DNA of 63,982 nucleotides, the filler included, from Choristocarpus tenellus KU-1152 (lineage: Eukaryota > Protista > Phaeophyceae), in assembly GCA_964200185.2 (NCBI GenBank). It is 10 parts of 10 records of this genome, joined end to end, with 100 filler letters (N's around TTAATTAATTAA, not from the genome) between each part and the next. Parts side by side here need not be neighbours in the genome. Positions count along the whole stretch, not along the records: positions 21,242 to 32,952 come from CAXNAD020002173.1; positions 33,053 to 39,376 come from CAXNAD020008392.1; 8 more parts are not named here. One strand, 5' to 3'. Both the position numbers and the translations under genes were made by a program. Under the pieces are notes generated by a model. The model was not told the DNA's origin. It did no database searches and saw only the letters and a list, made by a program, of their open reading frames with translations. Positions 23,680-35,079 of the stretch are shown in pieces (the first letter of the stretch is position 1; each line of letters opens with the position of its first letter).

Positions 23680-23939
23680 GAGCCAAAGTATCTTAGAGAG
23701 TAGATCCGCGTCCATTTGGGGGTCAAAATCCAATATTGCGATTTTGATGTAATTTTGGTTATCATGGTTGTTAGGAAGTGTCAATATCCATGTTCCGGAC
23801 ACAACTTTTCATAACATACACACTTTACCTACTCCTAAACATTTTGGAGTAGGAAAATGTCGTAAAAAAAACCCATGGGAAGCCAAGCCCCAAATTGACA
23901 AACAGGGCAAAACTCGTACCCTCTAGGATACTTTCACTC
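23680..23939 (-). mobile_element. MITE family A, full-length copy, reverse orientation
   Basis: GAGCCAAAGTATCTTAGAG...CTCTAGGATACTTTCACTC; the interior is the reverse complement of the 19188 copy; AGCA on both flanks. Confidence 0.9.
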
Positions 23940-25728
23940 AGCACTAAATACTGAACAATAAAGGCAATAAAGCCAATCAGTAACAGGGGCACAAAATAGG
24001 TCGGACAAACAATCGAACCATTATTTTCAATTGGTGTGTTTCTAAGGTCACCTGGCCTCGAGGCCTGACACTCTTGCTTGTCGTGATGGAGAGATCACGG
24101 GTGCAACCCTGCTCATGCCAGACTTCGAGAAGCCTATGTTTGGGTCATTTGCCCACGCACTCACCCAACTGTAGCCCCCTCAAAGTATTGAAGAGTGCAT
24201 ATTGCATCGACCTTGTCACGGTAACTGTGCAACGCTTCAAGACAAAAGAAATTCTAAGAATGAAGTAAAGAGTAGTATGCGAGTAAGATAGTGGCGTATG
24301 GAACAAATGGATGCAGGTCAGGGGACATACATATATATATAGAGAGAGAGATATCTATATTCCATATATAATGTGGGCAGGGGAGGGGAGATGAGGGAAG
24401 CATGTAACCATGGATACAAAAATTAGGTGCATCACACTCTCTTCGCACATCCACAAGCAGTTGAAGTGTTGAGGTGCAAAAAGGATACTCTGGTGAGTGT
24501 TGGTTCAAAGAGTCCCAGCATACACTACCCCACCCCATTCCGAATTGGGCAAGGGACAAAAAAAGACCATGGTTAGTTAAATGTACAGAACAAGCAACGT
24601 GGTGTCAGACATACAGAATCATAGTCATGCAGTCTGTACAGGGGGGATGGGAGAATGGCGAACAGAAGTCGAAGTTTGTTTAGAAGTTCACGAAGGAGTA
24701 GGCAATATTGAGGAAGATGAAGTGCTGGTATCATTCCCAAACAAACCTAAGACTTCCACAGACCACAGAGCCCTATTGCAATAATATCAAGTAATAGTAG
24801 CAGTTGAATCTTATACTGAAGGTAGAGTCCATCTTCTCATCAATACCATAGAATAATTGTTTATGACAATTGTAAACAAAACACAGCAGTATCTGTATAA
24901 CATGAGATTCTTCAAAACGTCCAAAATTTGTCCTGGTCGTGCTACTGAATGACGACTAACCACCTCGAAGACAATGTACTTATCCTGCTGCTCAACATAC
25001 TCCTGATCTCATCTAGCATTGAACCCCTCTATGCCCCATGATGTCGTTGAAGACGCTCTTAGATAATGCGAGATGGGTACAGCTACTTGCGACGCATGGT
25101 AGTAAGCGAGAGGGTGATAAAAATCGAATTGACAGACGAGACAGGTGTACGTGGGTCACAGTAATCGTACGAGAAGGGTAGGAAGGGAAATAACTAAACA
25201 TGAATGAGGATGTCACTCTTGTTGGGCAACAATGAACGTGTGTACTCCTATGCATTAAGAAAAATCGTGTATCATTCAATGTAGTGTATATCCTATCTAT
25301 GCCACTACACTCTTCCAACAACATTCCCATTCCAAGTAGTATAATACAAAGACAGACCATGACATTATCAAACGCACACTTGACCACCACCACCACCAAC
25401 AGAAATAGTACGTAGAATTTAGTGGAAAACGCACTACTTGAAACCAAGAAACAGATGTATTCCAAACTACGTAACAATTGTATGAATTGTAATACAATTC
25501 AAGGAGTCTTAAAACAAGAAAAATAATGTGACCATCGTTTTATGCACAGATAGATAAATGAAGCTTCTCTTAGATCAGCTAAAAAGACAGCCTTGAAACA
25601 AGGAAAGGAGAAATCCCAGGATTTGTCAGGCTCTGTCTCGCCCTCCATCCCAGTGTCTCTAGATTGTAGCACATGGCGCACACCTTGATATAACTCTTAA
25701 CTATGACATTACAAAAAAATATATATGG

Positions 25729-25788
25729 ACACTTTATCCCAGTCAATTTTGGGTCAAGTCCATCCTCAATTTTTGAAATCGGCTGTTC
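25729..25788 (+). repeat. Family C foldback repeat fragment
   Basis: ACACTTTATCCCAGTCAATTTTGGGTCAAGTCCATCCTCAATTTTTGAAATCGGCTGTT matches 15018-15093. Confidence 0.75.
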
Positions 25789-27772
25789 TGAAGTCTGCTA
25801 GAACGGGTGTCCTCCCTCCTTGTCCCTTTACCACCCACCATGTCTGTGACTTCCTAATAATAGCTCATGATCCAGAAATTGCTCGACCTGTGTGCCAAGA
25901 CGCATGATGCTTTCCACTACAATCTACAACTAAGGGGGGAAAAGGTTGCATCGTGGTTGCACTTACAGGTCTCAACTGCGGCAGCTAGTGGTGACGGTGA
26001 TGTGATTTAGTGAGAAAGCTGCCATCATGTGACAATCGTTTTAGACCTCTCTGTAGAGCACATACCAAACGAGACCCCTTTTTTGAGTGGTCCTACCTTT
26101 GAGGAGGGAATCTATTTGAACCCATTTGTCCACTTAACTGAGAAATCACCTTTTAAAGTGTTAGCACATTATGTTGAAGTATATAGATCGAAGGGGCTCA
26201 CTCATATGTGCCCCTTCCAAGATTGGATTGAACAACTATACAGAGAATTGCTAGACACTCATTGGTGTTCAGTTTTACCCAGTTCCCCTACACTCAAGCC
26301 ACAATATTTGGAATTGCAACAATCCTGCACCTGATGAGAAGAAATGATTCAATCTTGCAATTGAGAAATGGCACCAATAAAACAGATGCTACAATAATGA
26401 ACAATAACTACGACGTTGGAGGATACATATCCACCCTCGGGTTCTCATTAAGTCAGCTGCACAAGATGTCAACAGAACATCCCACCACAGCAAAATCCCC
26501 ATTACATCAACCAATAATAATAACTTGTAATAAATCCACATATTATTGTGCAACCTTTGTGTTCTGTGTAATGACCTAAAATATAGCACTTAAGAGCAGC
26601 ACATCCATTGTTGCAGTTGTCTCTGAAACAAAAATAATCATATGCTACTACAGCAAAGCACTAGAGTCAGAGATAGGAGTAGGAACTGTCCCTACAGACA
26701 CTTCAGGAGTAGTCCAGGTGTAATCTCTTACGGATTGATTTTCTTGTGTTTTTCCCTCAGGTCGTCAATTTTGGGTGCTCATGTAGATCACCCTCAGGTT
26801 ATTTGCATTTCTTCTTTCACTACTTTTTTTTGTGGTCGTTGTTGCCTTCCTCAAAATGTGTCTACTAATGTGCAAACAAATAATAAGAGATCAAGCAAAA
26901 GGACCTGTTTGAAGTTGCAGGAGAAATTTCTCAGCATAGACACTATAGACATTGTAGGAGTCAACAGTTACACACACGAACGGGAGGATTGTCACTAATG
27001 ACACAAAATCCACTGCACCCAATCGAAAGGTCATCACTGCTCTTCATTATACACCAAAAAATATAGATGCGTTGAGGAAGAGTCAGTCTTGCACTCCACT
27101 CAACTCATTAAAAAATAATTTAAGGGAGGTATATCCGGTTGTCTCTCTAAACCTCCATTCACCAAGCTCTTCCTGCATCCTGCTCATCCAACTACCTCGA
27201 ATACGTACTGGGAAATCAGAAACTTCTTCACAAAATTCCATGTCTATGAAGCACACAACTTCCCACATAACATGCCCAGTAAACTTCTCCACAGGGGGAA
27301 TGCTGTAAGTAAAAAGTGAACACCCACTGCATAACCTCATCAGTCAATTAATGCTCAGTCTCCACTTTGCATCTACTGCTCTCCTCTCCTTCCTCTGTCC
27401 CCCTCACACCACAGAGGTGCAAACCCACTTCAAAACACATTCTATCCAAGCCAAGAACCTTTCTCCACAACCTGCAATGATCAGAGGCATATTCTCACTC
27501 CTTTTCCAACAAAGTAGTCTCCTCCCATTATTAAGCTTCATGCCAACAAAAACAACAGTGAGAGATAAAAAGGGGCAACCCTTTTGTTGCTAAAAATTTC
27601 CTGCCCTTGACTGGGCACATGGTCAAGTGCAACTAAAGTCCCTTTTGACATTAGGCATATTTTGTTTGTGGGGGGAGAAGGGGCACTAGGGAGTGGAAGG
27701 GAGGAGGATGCAAACAAGGACCAAGAAGTTCACTGGAGCACTCCACCTCTAATTGAGGTCTGCTACTGCTGT

Positions 27773-30700
27773 TTAACCCAGAGTGCACATGACACCAAAC
27801 TTGGGGCTAACATCCTTGTCCACCTAATCGTCAAGTCAGAAATGACAAATGATTGGCAATAGAGATAGTAGGATTAGAGGTAAATGAGTTTAAAGTAGTT
27901 TTATCATGTTTGTCATAGCAAGGCACTGTCCAATTTTTAAACACAGCTACATGTTGAACAAGACAACACAGCATCATTGGAGGAGGGGTCTCCGAGCTCA
28001 TTGACTGTGCTCCACTCATGTTCTCTCAAAGGTTTGAACATCCTTTCACTTACACAACTGAGCATGGTATGCAAGTATGCCATTCAGCACCTTACTGTCT
28101 CCCTTCAGAATCCTACTCCTTTCACATCCTGATGTACGGACAAACTTAGAAACAATCTCAAAAGCCCCCATCCCTTCAACTCACCTGGGCAGTAAGAGAG
28201 ACCAACACCTTGTCAGCACAGGACTGTGTTGCAACAGCAGTTACCACAGCACTCGAGTCCACCTTTGCTCGGAGAGTTGTCTTAGGGTTACACTTGTACA
28301 GTGCACCAACAGAGTAGCTATAGATTTAGGCAGGGAACGGGGTGAAACATTAACCATTAGGTGGATTGGACCAAGTAGTGAAACATTAACCATTAGGTGG
28401 TCCAAGTAGTGAAACACTAACCATTAGGTGGTCCAAGTAGTGAAACATTCACCATTAGGTGGATTGGACCAAGTAGTGAAACATTAACCATTAGGTGGTC
28501 CAAGTAGTGAAACATTCACCATTAGGTGGTCCAAGTAGGTAAGGATTGGGATCATAAATATCAACAGTTCAAAACTTGTTTGTTCCTCTTTGCCTATATG
28601 TGGAGGGGGGAGGGGGATGGGGGGAGGGAGAATTAGACTCTTATCAAGAACGGCAGTTATAAAATATGCAGATAAAAATAAAACACAATAGCGTCCAAGA
28701 AGTGCCTGGGGTTGGGGACAGGGGATGGAACCTTGGGAGTATATATCAAGTGCAATTGATTGACAGGAGGAACATGCCCCCCCCCCCACATCATTCCAGT
28801 TTACCCTATTGAAAGGGGCAGAGCTCTGAAAGATGTTGCCTCCACCATGTCTTTGTTTACACTTCCTTGCAGTGGTTACCACACATGCAAGGGTACTACA
28901 CAGATGCAACCATTATTAATTTGAACACTCTTTTCAGAGCGCAGTCACTGTCACAGTTACAAGACACATACACAGGCACACCACAAGCTTTACATTATTC
29001 TACACCAAACTCTCACGAATACAACCCCTGTAAAAAATAAAAAAAGGTCAGTGTTGAAAAAATGTATGGAACACATCAAGAAAATAATTGATTTTTTAAA
29101 ATACTTCACACATACCTATGTAAATGCAATAAATACCACATTTATAACCCAGAAGACAAACTTGGAAAAAGTGCCAAACAAAATCGACTCCAAATTTACA
29201 TCAACATATTCAACAGTCGAGGATGAAAACCAGTAGTAAATTTGGACTGGACTGGACTGGACTGGACTGTTTTTATCACACTGGCACCACCAGATCAACC
29301 ACAGGGTTAAAACAGAGCTCAAAAATTAGAGCTAATCCAATTTTGACAAGGAATCAAGTCTGGTACTGACTAAATGAAAAAATTTCAATTTTCAGGTCAC
29401 AGATACAAGTAATACAGCTGATGCTACAAACTTAATCAATCAAATTAAATCATCCTTTTCTTTCACAGGCAGGCGGTATCACCCCCTTCACAATCAACGC
29501 ACTTACACCCCTACTTCACAGCAGTTTCTGAACTCATTAATTACTGATAAATCACACAAAACCTTTACAATGACCTCAGAATGTTAAGAGTACTTATGTC
29601 AGGACCAGCTTCTGTGAGTACTCTAGAGGTATTTAAAAAGGAAATAGACTGTGTATCTCCGGCTGGCTCTCTTCCACAAAAATTTTCCCACCTAATCAAG
29701 TAATTGAAATAGTACAGCAGATTCAACAACCAGATGAGATGGCTTTACAAACAAATACTTCAATTCCCTTTGAACCTAACCCTAACATTGTAGATAACAG
29801 GTAAGTTGGCACAACATCACATATCCCTGACTAAATCTACTTCATATCATAACATCATGGACAACTAAGATCTTGACACCATTCAAACACGAAATCATGT
29901 TGTACTGGCATTTCTGCATTTGAACAGTACACTATATTTTTGGCCAATGAGATTGGAATATGTTGAGACTTCTCAATCGTAATGGTTCAATGTATCAATA
30001 ATCAAAGTCTGAAATCAAAGGATTCTATCGGTCCATTCTTAACTATTCCTTCTACTGCGTAGAGACATTTCATTCTATACAAAAAAAAAACACTTGCACC
30101 CCACCCCCCCAATTTTCTCAGTGCTGAGTACTCCTTGCTCTATAGACCACACAGACATTTTAACCAATGGATCATATTGAGATGCCTTAAGCCAACTTGA
30201 AACACCTCTCAATTCACAGCTGCGGAGAGCAAATGTTTATTGAATAAACATGTTCCAAGTTCGTAATTTCAATAATTAGGTGTCAGTTAGGAGACATGCT
30301 TTACACTAAACCCCTTGCAGTCAGTCAACCAACCAATAAAAGTGAAAATTTGTTAATTAACTTCTCACATGCTAGCACACATGGATATGTAAGAAAAGCT
30401 TCAATTGTTGGGGCTTTCTACGCCAGTACACAGGGACCAACCATCATCAATGCAAATGCAGTTGTAGCTATTCCCATCAGTGGTATAACCCATGCTGCCA
30501 TACCAACCCACCCCACAACCCCAACTGTTCGATCGAAGCAATGGTAATTTTCTCATCAAAATCAGGGACTCACACAATTTGTTACTATAGTTTGTAAAAA
30601 CAGTTACATTAAAACAAACAAGAACAAAAACCAATGTGCCAGTCACAAAACCAACGTTTCTTCTTCACTAACACACCAAAATAAACCAGTTTCCTCAAAC

Positions 30701-32860
30701 CTATACTAGCTACAGCCAGTGCCAATACACAATCCACCAACAGGCAGCTCTGAATGGGTATACTGGTCTATTTATACACTCTAGATGCGGTTGTTACTCT
30801 TTCCTCTTAATTCTCTTAATTCATTACACTCACGTGGTGAGACTCTTGTCTGGAGTAGTCGAGGCCAGCACCGACCCAGTGATGTTAGGCTGGTACTGGT
30901 AGAAGGCAGAGGCATTGAAGGTCTTCAGCTTGGATGTGGCTGTGAAGGAAGCCCCCCAGCCAGCACCAGAGAAAGAAGCACCCCCAGCAAAGTCCTTAAG
31001 TTCTGCAGGCTTGGTCCCAGCGCCCATGGCGTAGTTCAGTGCTCCACCAAGCTATGTCAGCCAGAAGAAAAAAAAGGGACACAAAGGTGCGGTGGAGGGG
31101 GGGGTGAAAGGGTTAGGGAAAAGAGGGAACAGGATACTGTTGAGAGAGCATAGAGAGCTCGCCGTCATTTGCAATTTTTTTTACTGGAACAGTGTCTGCA
31201 GGTAAGAAAAGAAAATAGCCAAATAGAAAATAGCCCTAGCCCTACAGCTGACAAAGATTAACACCAGTCCAAAAGGTTCACCCACAAAAAGTACAGTAAA
31301 CAGATCCCATTTCTATTGTATTCTGAGGTAGTTGGCACAGTACGGTCTTCCTTTCAAAGTTCCAAGACATCCTTTCATGTAACAAACAAGCCCTTCACTT
31401 TCTGTGAAAACATTGTCAAATATCTGAGATACAACTATTCTTCCAGGGAGAAACCCACCAAAGGTCTGTGTCACCATCACCCTATAAAAGTAGTATATCA
31501 AACGCTTGACTAACACCCCCTTTTTGTTCAACAGAACAGTTCTCAAACTGATCTATTTCAAAGTATTAAATCACATCCACAATACTCAAACCACAAAGTT
31601 TATATAATAGGGCTATTGGTAGTTTTTACATCACCCATTCAGGGTTCTTAGCTGCTACAGCAACACTGGCCACAGCATGCAAGCAAACTTGAGAAATAAA
31701 AATAATCAAAAAACACTTCAACACCACGTAATTCACCAGAACCATTAATTCAAGAATAGACCAGAAGCATTAATTCAAGAATAGACCAGAAGCATTAATT
31801 CAAGAATAGACCAGAAGCATTGTCTGTGACGCAAAGGAGCAAAGGATCATATTGTGCCAATACTAGCAAATAAGGTAAGAACTCAAAGCATCTTATCAGC
31901 CTCACACATTCATTACACAACTCACGTATCACATAACTCACGTATAACACACGTAGTAAGCAACCTTCAATATAGAAATCATAAACTGATTAATCGAATA
32001 TAATGAAACTGTTGCATCTTCTTGCAAACCATTTATTTTTTAACGTGTTCAAGGACTTTACAAAAATATGACACCACTAACCATCAGAAATCCAAAAATT
32101 AATGTAACACGCCTCCACAAAACATAAATCCCTCTTAAAGTAAGTAAACGGAAACGACACCGTTACCAGCAAGCAAGTTGGTACACAACCAATATCACCA
32201 CTAACCGTAACCCTAACCTCTACACTTCCATGTCTATGCTAAACAAACAATTCTCTCAAGCTCACCACAGCAGGCCCATGGCAAACCGTACCAGAGGCCT
32301 TCACATATGACCCCTGGTTGCACACATCTGCCCTGACCGCATGAATATCTCCCTTGGATTCCACCCCAATCTCGCCCTTCAGAGATTGGTCTGTCTGAAA
32401 AAATCAAAAGCGTAATTAGAGAAACAGCAAGGTGTTGTTGTAGTCAAAGGGCAGATGTCACACAAATGCACTCGAGGTGGGACTGGTTAAAGGTTAAAGG
32501 TTAAAGGTGAGGTGTACTTTTGATCCTTCGACGCTGACATCTGCTTACAAGCCCATCATGCCAGCTTCATGCGATGCATATTGAAGGAAGGGATCTGAGT
32601 AGGCAGGGGACACTTTCAAATTCAAAATATCCTCTTTTTTTTTTGTCAATTCAAAGCGTAACTGTATGTATATGAAAAGTAAAAAACTATATCAGCACCA
32701 AAAAACAAAAAAAATCTGGGTATATGCTCCAACAATCGTTGTGCCAAAAAAGGATAGTTCTGCTACAATATGCACGCACACACACCTTGATGAGACACTT
32801 CATGCCAGTAGCCAGTCCAACCATCGATGCCTCCATCGCAACCTCTCCATCACCCCTCAA
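27773..32860 (-). CDS. VDAC: Mitochondrial outer-membrane porin (VDAC / eukaryotic porin), 5' partial, 5 exons visible
   Basis: Exons 32860-32786, 32394-32266, 31051-30834, 28317-28185 and 27823-27773 splice in phase. Product: LRGDGEVAMEASMVGLATGMKCLIK|TDQSLKGEIGVE...ASGTVCHGPAV|LGGALNY...ELKDFAGGASFSGAGWGASFTATSKLKTFNASAFYQ...|YSVGALYKCNPKTTLRAKVDSSAVV...VSLTAQ|VDKDVSPKFGVMCTLG*. Amphipathic beta strands and a C-terminal beta-signal (KFG). Confidence 0.85.
28342..28537. repeat. Minisatellite: six 31/36-bp units arranged L-S-S-L-S-S
   Basis: Unit GTGAAACATT(A/C)ACCATTAGGTGG(T/ATTGGA)CCAAGTA, in a VDAC intron just upstream of the acceptor at 28318. Confidence 0.9.
29243..29268. repeat. (GGACT)5 microsatellite
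   Basis: Read directly from the sequence. Confidence 0.85.
31743..31821. repeat. 25-bp tandem repeat x3 (CATTAATTCAAGAATAGACCAGAAG)
   Basis: Three perfect units in a VDAC intron. Confidence 0.9.
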
Positions 32861-33052
32861 CTGTTGCAAACAATACCAAACAAGGGTGTAGGGTCACCAA
32901 AGGGTGGCGTGGAGAAGGATGGGGGGGGGGGGGGGGGAGAAAAAAAAAACTGNNNNNNNNNNNNNNNNNNNNNNNNNNNNNNNNNNNNNNNNNNNNTTAA
33001 TTAATTAANNNNNNNNNNNNNNNNNNNNNNNNNNNNNNNNNNNNNNNNNNNN

Positions 33053-33107
<55 letters not shown>

Positions 33108-33430
33108 GGTGGGGGGGGGGGGGGTTCTAAACTTTTGCTTGGTGCTTTGTGATATCGGCCATGACAGTCATGCCGTTTGTACATAATGCCTTCTCAGGGT
33201 TAGGGTTGTTTGGAGTTTATTATTATGTACATGTAGGTATGGCTAGACCACATACAGGTATACCTTTCATTGGTGTAAAGTGGTCACGTGTGCGAGTATT
33301 AAGCAATACGGTTTCCACCATCTTGGTAAGGCATTGTTCACTTCCTGTACGTCCTGCCCTTTGCACCTATGTCCGTCCAGGCAACGCAGTAGTAGTCCCT
33401 AGCAATGGGTGCGGCGGGGCACTGGTTTGC

Positions 33431-33476
33431 AAGAGTTAAGAGAAAGAGTTAAGAGAAAGAGTTAAGAGAAAGAGTT
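33431..33476. repeat. 13-bp tandem repeat (AAGAGTTAAGAGA) x~3.5
   Basis: Read directly from the sequence. Confidence 0.8.
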
Positions 33477-34204
33477 ATGAGAGTTTTCTTAGCATTGTTT
33501 CGTGAAACAAGGACCGCGATGGTGACCTCAAAGAAGATTCTGAGTCTGTCTTGAAATTAATTTTGAGGAAATGATTTAAAAAAAAAGAATGCCATAGGTG
33601 TCCCAAAATTAACCCCAAAATTACATTAGAGTGGTTGCAATCGACTGAAAGACATCTGATGACAGGTGAGTTGGTGCACAAAAGATCGCCAATCTCCAGG
33701 AATAGATCCATATGTGATTGATGTTATCGTTCTGTCTGGACCACTGCTACAAGAGTGCACAGATTGAGCAGCACAGGGTCCACCCTCGAGCTCCAGAGCG
33801 CCACATGGTCTCCCCACAGGTTGCTACAGAATGATCTAGGGCGCCACAAAGCTGCCAGTCAGGGGGAAAAATTTACACCTCATGTTCCTTGAGAATTGTG
33901 TAAATATGGTTGAAGTCTCGTGTGCGTTTTATCTTGGCAAAACGGATCTTGAATGTGAGATTCATGGTCCGTGTTGCTGTCTGAAAGCCCAGCAAATAGT
34001 GATACATCTAAGACAGGAGTGTCGCAGACCTCTTTGGGCTAGGGTTTGCTTGTGATACACAGAGAATGTGTCTTGACCACTGTGGAGGGCACTTTCTGTA
34101 AACAATGTTTTCACACCTATTCTCCTCTTCAATAGACACATTCTCCTATGGAGAGGATTGATTGTGGAATTCAGGCGTAGCCTTGGTGCATATATGTACA
34201 AGGT

Positions 34205-34291
34205 TGAAAAAATACCTTGAAAGTTAAAATACCTTAAGAGTTAAAATACCTTGAAAGTTAAAATACCTCCAAGAGAAAAAATACCTCCAAA
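34205..34291. repeat. ~17-bp tandem repeat (AAAATACCTTGAAAGTT-like) x5
   Basis: Five degenerate units sharing AAAATACCT. Confidence 0.8.
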
Positions 34292-35079
34292 TCAATCGAT
34301 CGCTTTTTAGATGGTTCCTCTCAAATCCACCACACCCAGTGACCTCAACCATTGACAGTCTCAACCTACCGATGGTTGACTGTTTATAGGCCAAAAAAAA
34401 ACATTGAAAAAAAAAAATGTACCAGAAAAAATCGATTTATCTCTTTTGTCTGGTCGAGTGAAGAGGTTTCCAACAATGGCGTTCTTAGCTAGTCGGTGCG
34501 TATACATCATTTCCGAAATTTCGGAATTGTTTGTAATGTCGTGGCTGGAGGTTTAATACTTTGTTGCCTGGACCATCCAGGATTTGAATCCTAAGTTCAA
34601 ACGAATAGTTGATAGGTTATGATAGGCTGATGTGTCTGTCTGCGACTTCGATGCAAGATTTCATGCAGCTCTCGGACCTCGCTTGCCTTATCTTTTTGGG
34701 GGGGATTGTGTATGTGTCTTGCCCTCTGGAAGTATCGGACTGCTATGAAGTGCACTGTTTTGGCACTTGGAGCGCCTACATGAATCCTTCAGTGGGACCT
34801 TCATCGCCTTGCACAGACTATCGCACCTTCAGCGGAACCACCGTGCTCACACAGGAAAGCATGAGCCATGTTTATCAGACTTCTGTACTTCCTCCAGATG
34901 ACCACGATCATAATAGGGTTTATAGTGTGCCATTCCCAGCCCTAACCCTGGCCCAACAGATGCCCTTACTTAGCAGTTTGGTGTAGGCTTTCATGCTCCA
35001 AAAACACTGCTGAAAAGCACATTGATGGGCCTTGAATACGTGTGCTAAGCTAAAGGTGTTTAGTGCTATGTTAATGCAG

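Noticed and set aside
28342-28537. CRISPR-like array (31-36-bp periodicity)
   Set aside because: Units abut with no unique spacers, there are no cas genes, and the array lies in a eukaryotic intron.
33053-33123. Very long poly-G tract as a G-quadruplex element
   Set aside because: It sits at a contig edge, where homopolymer length is unreliable.
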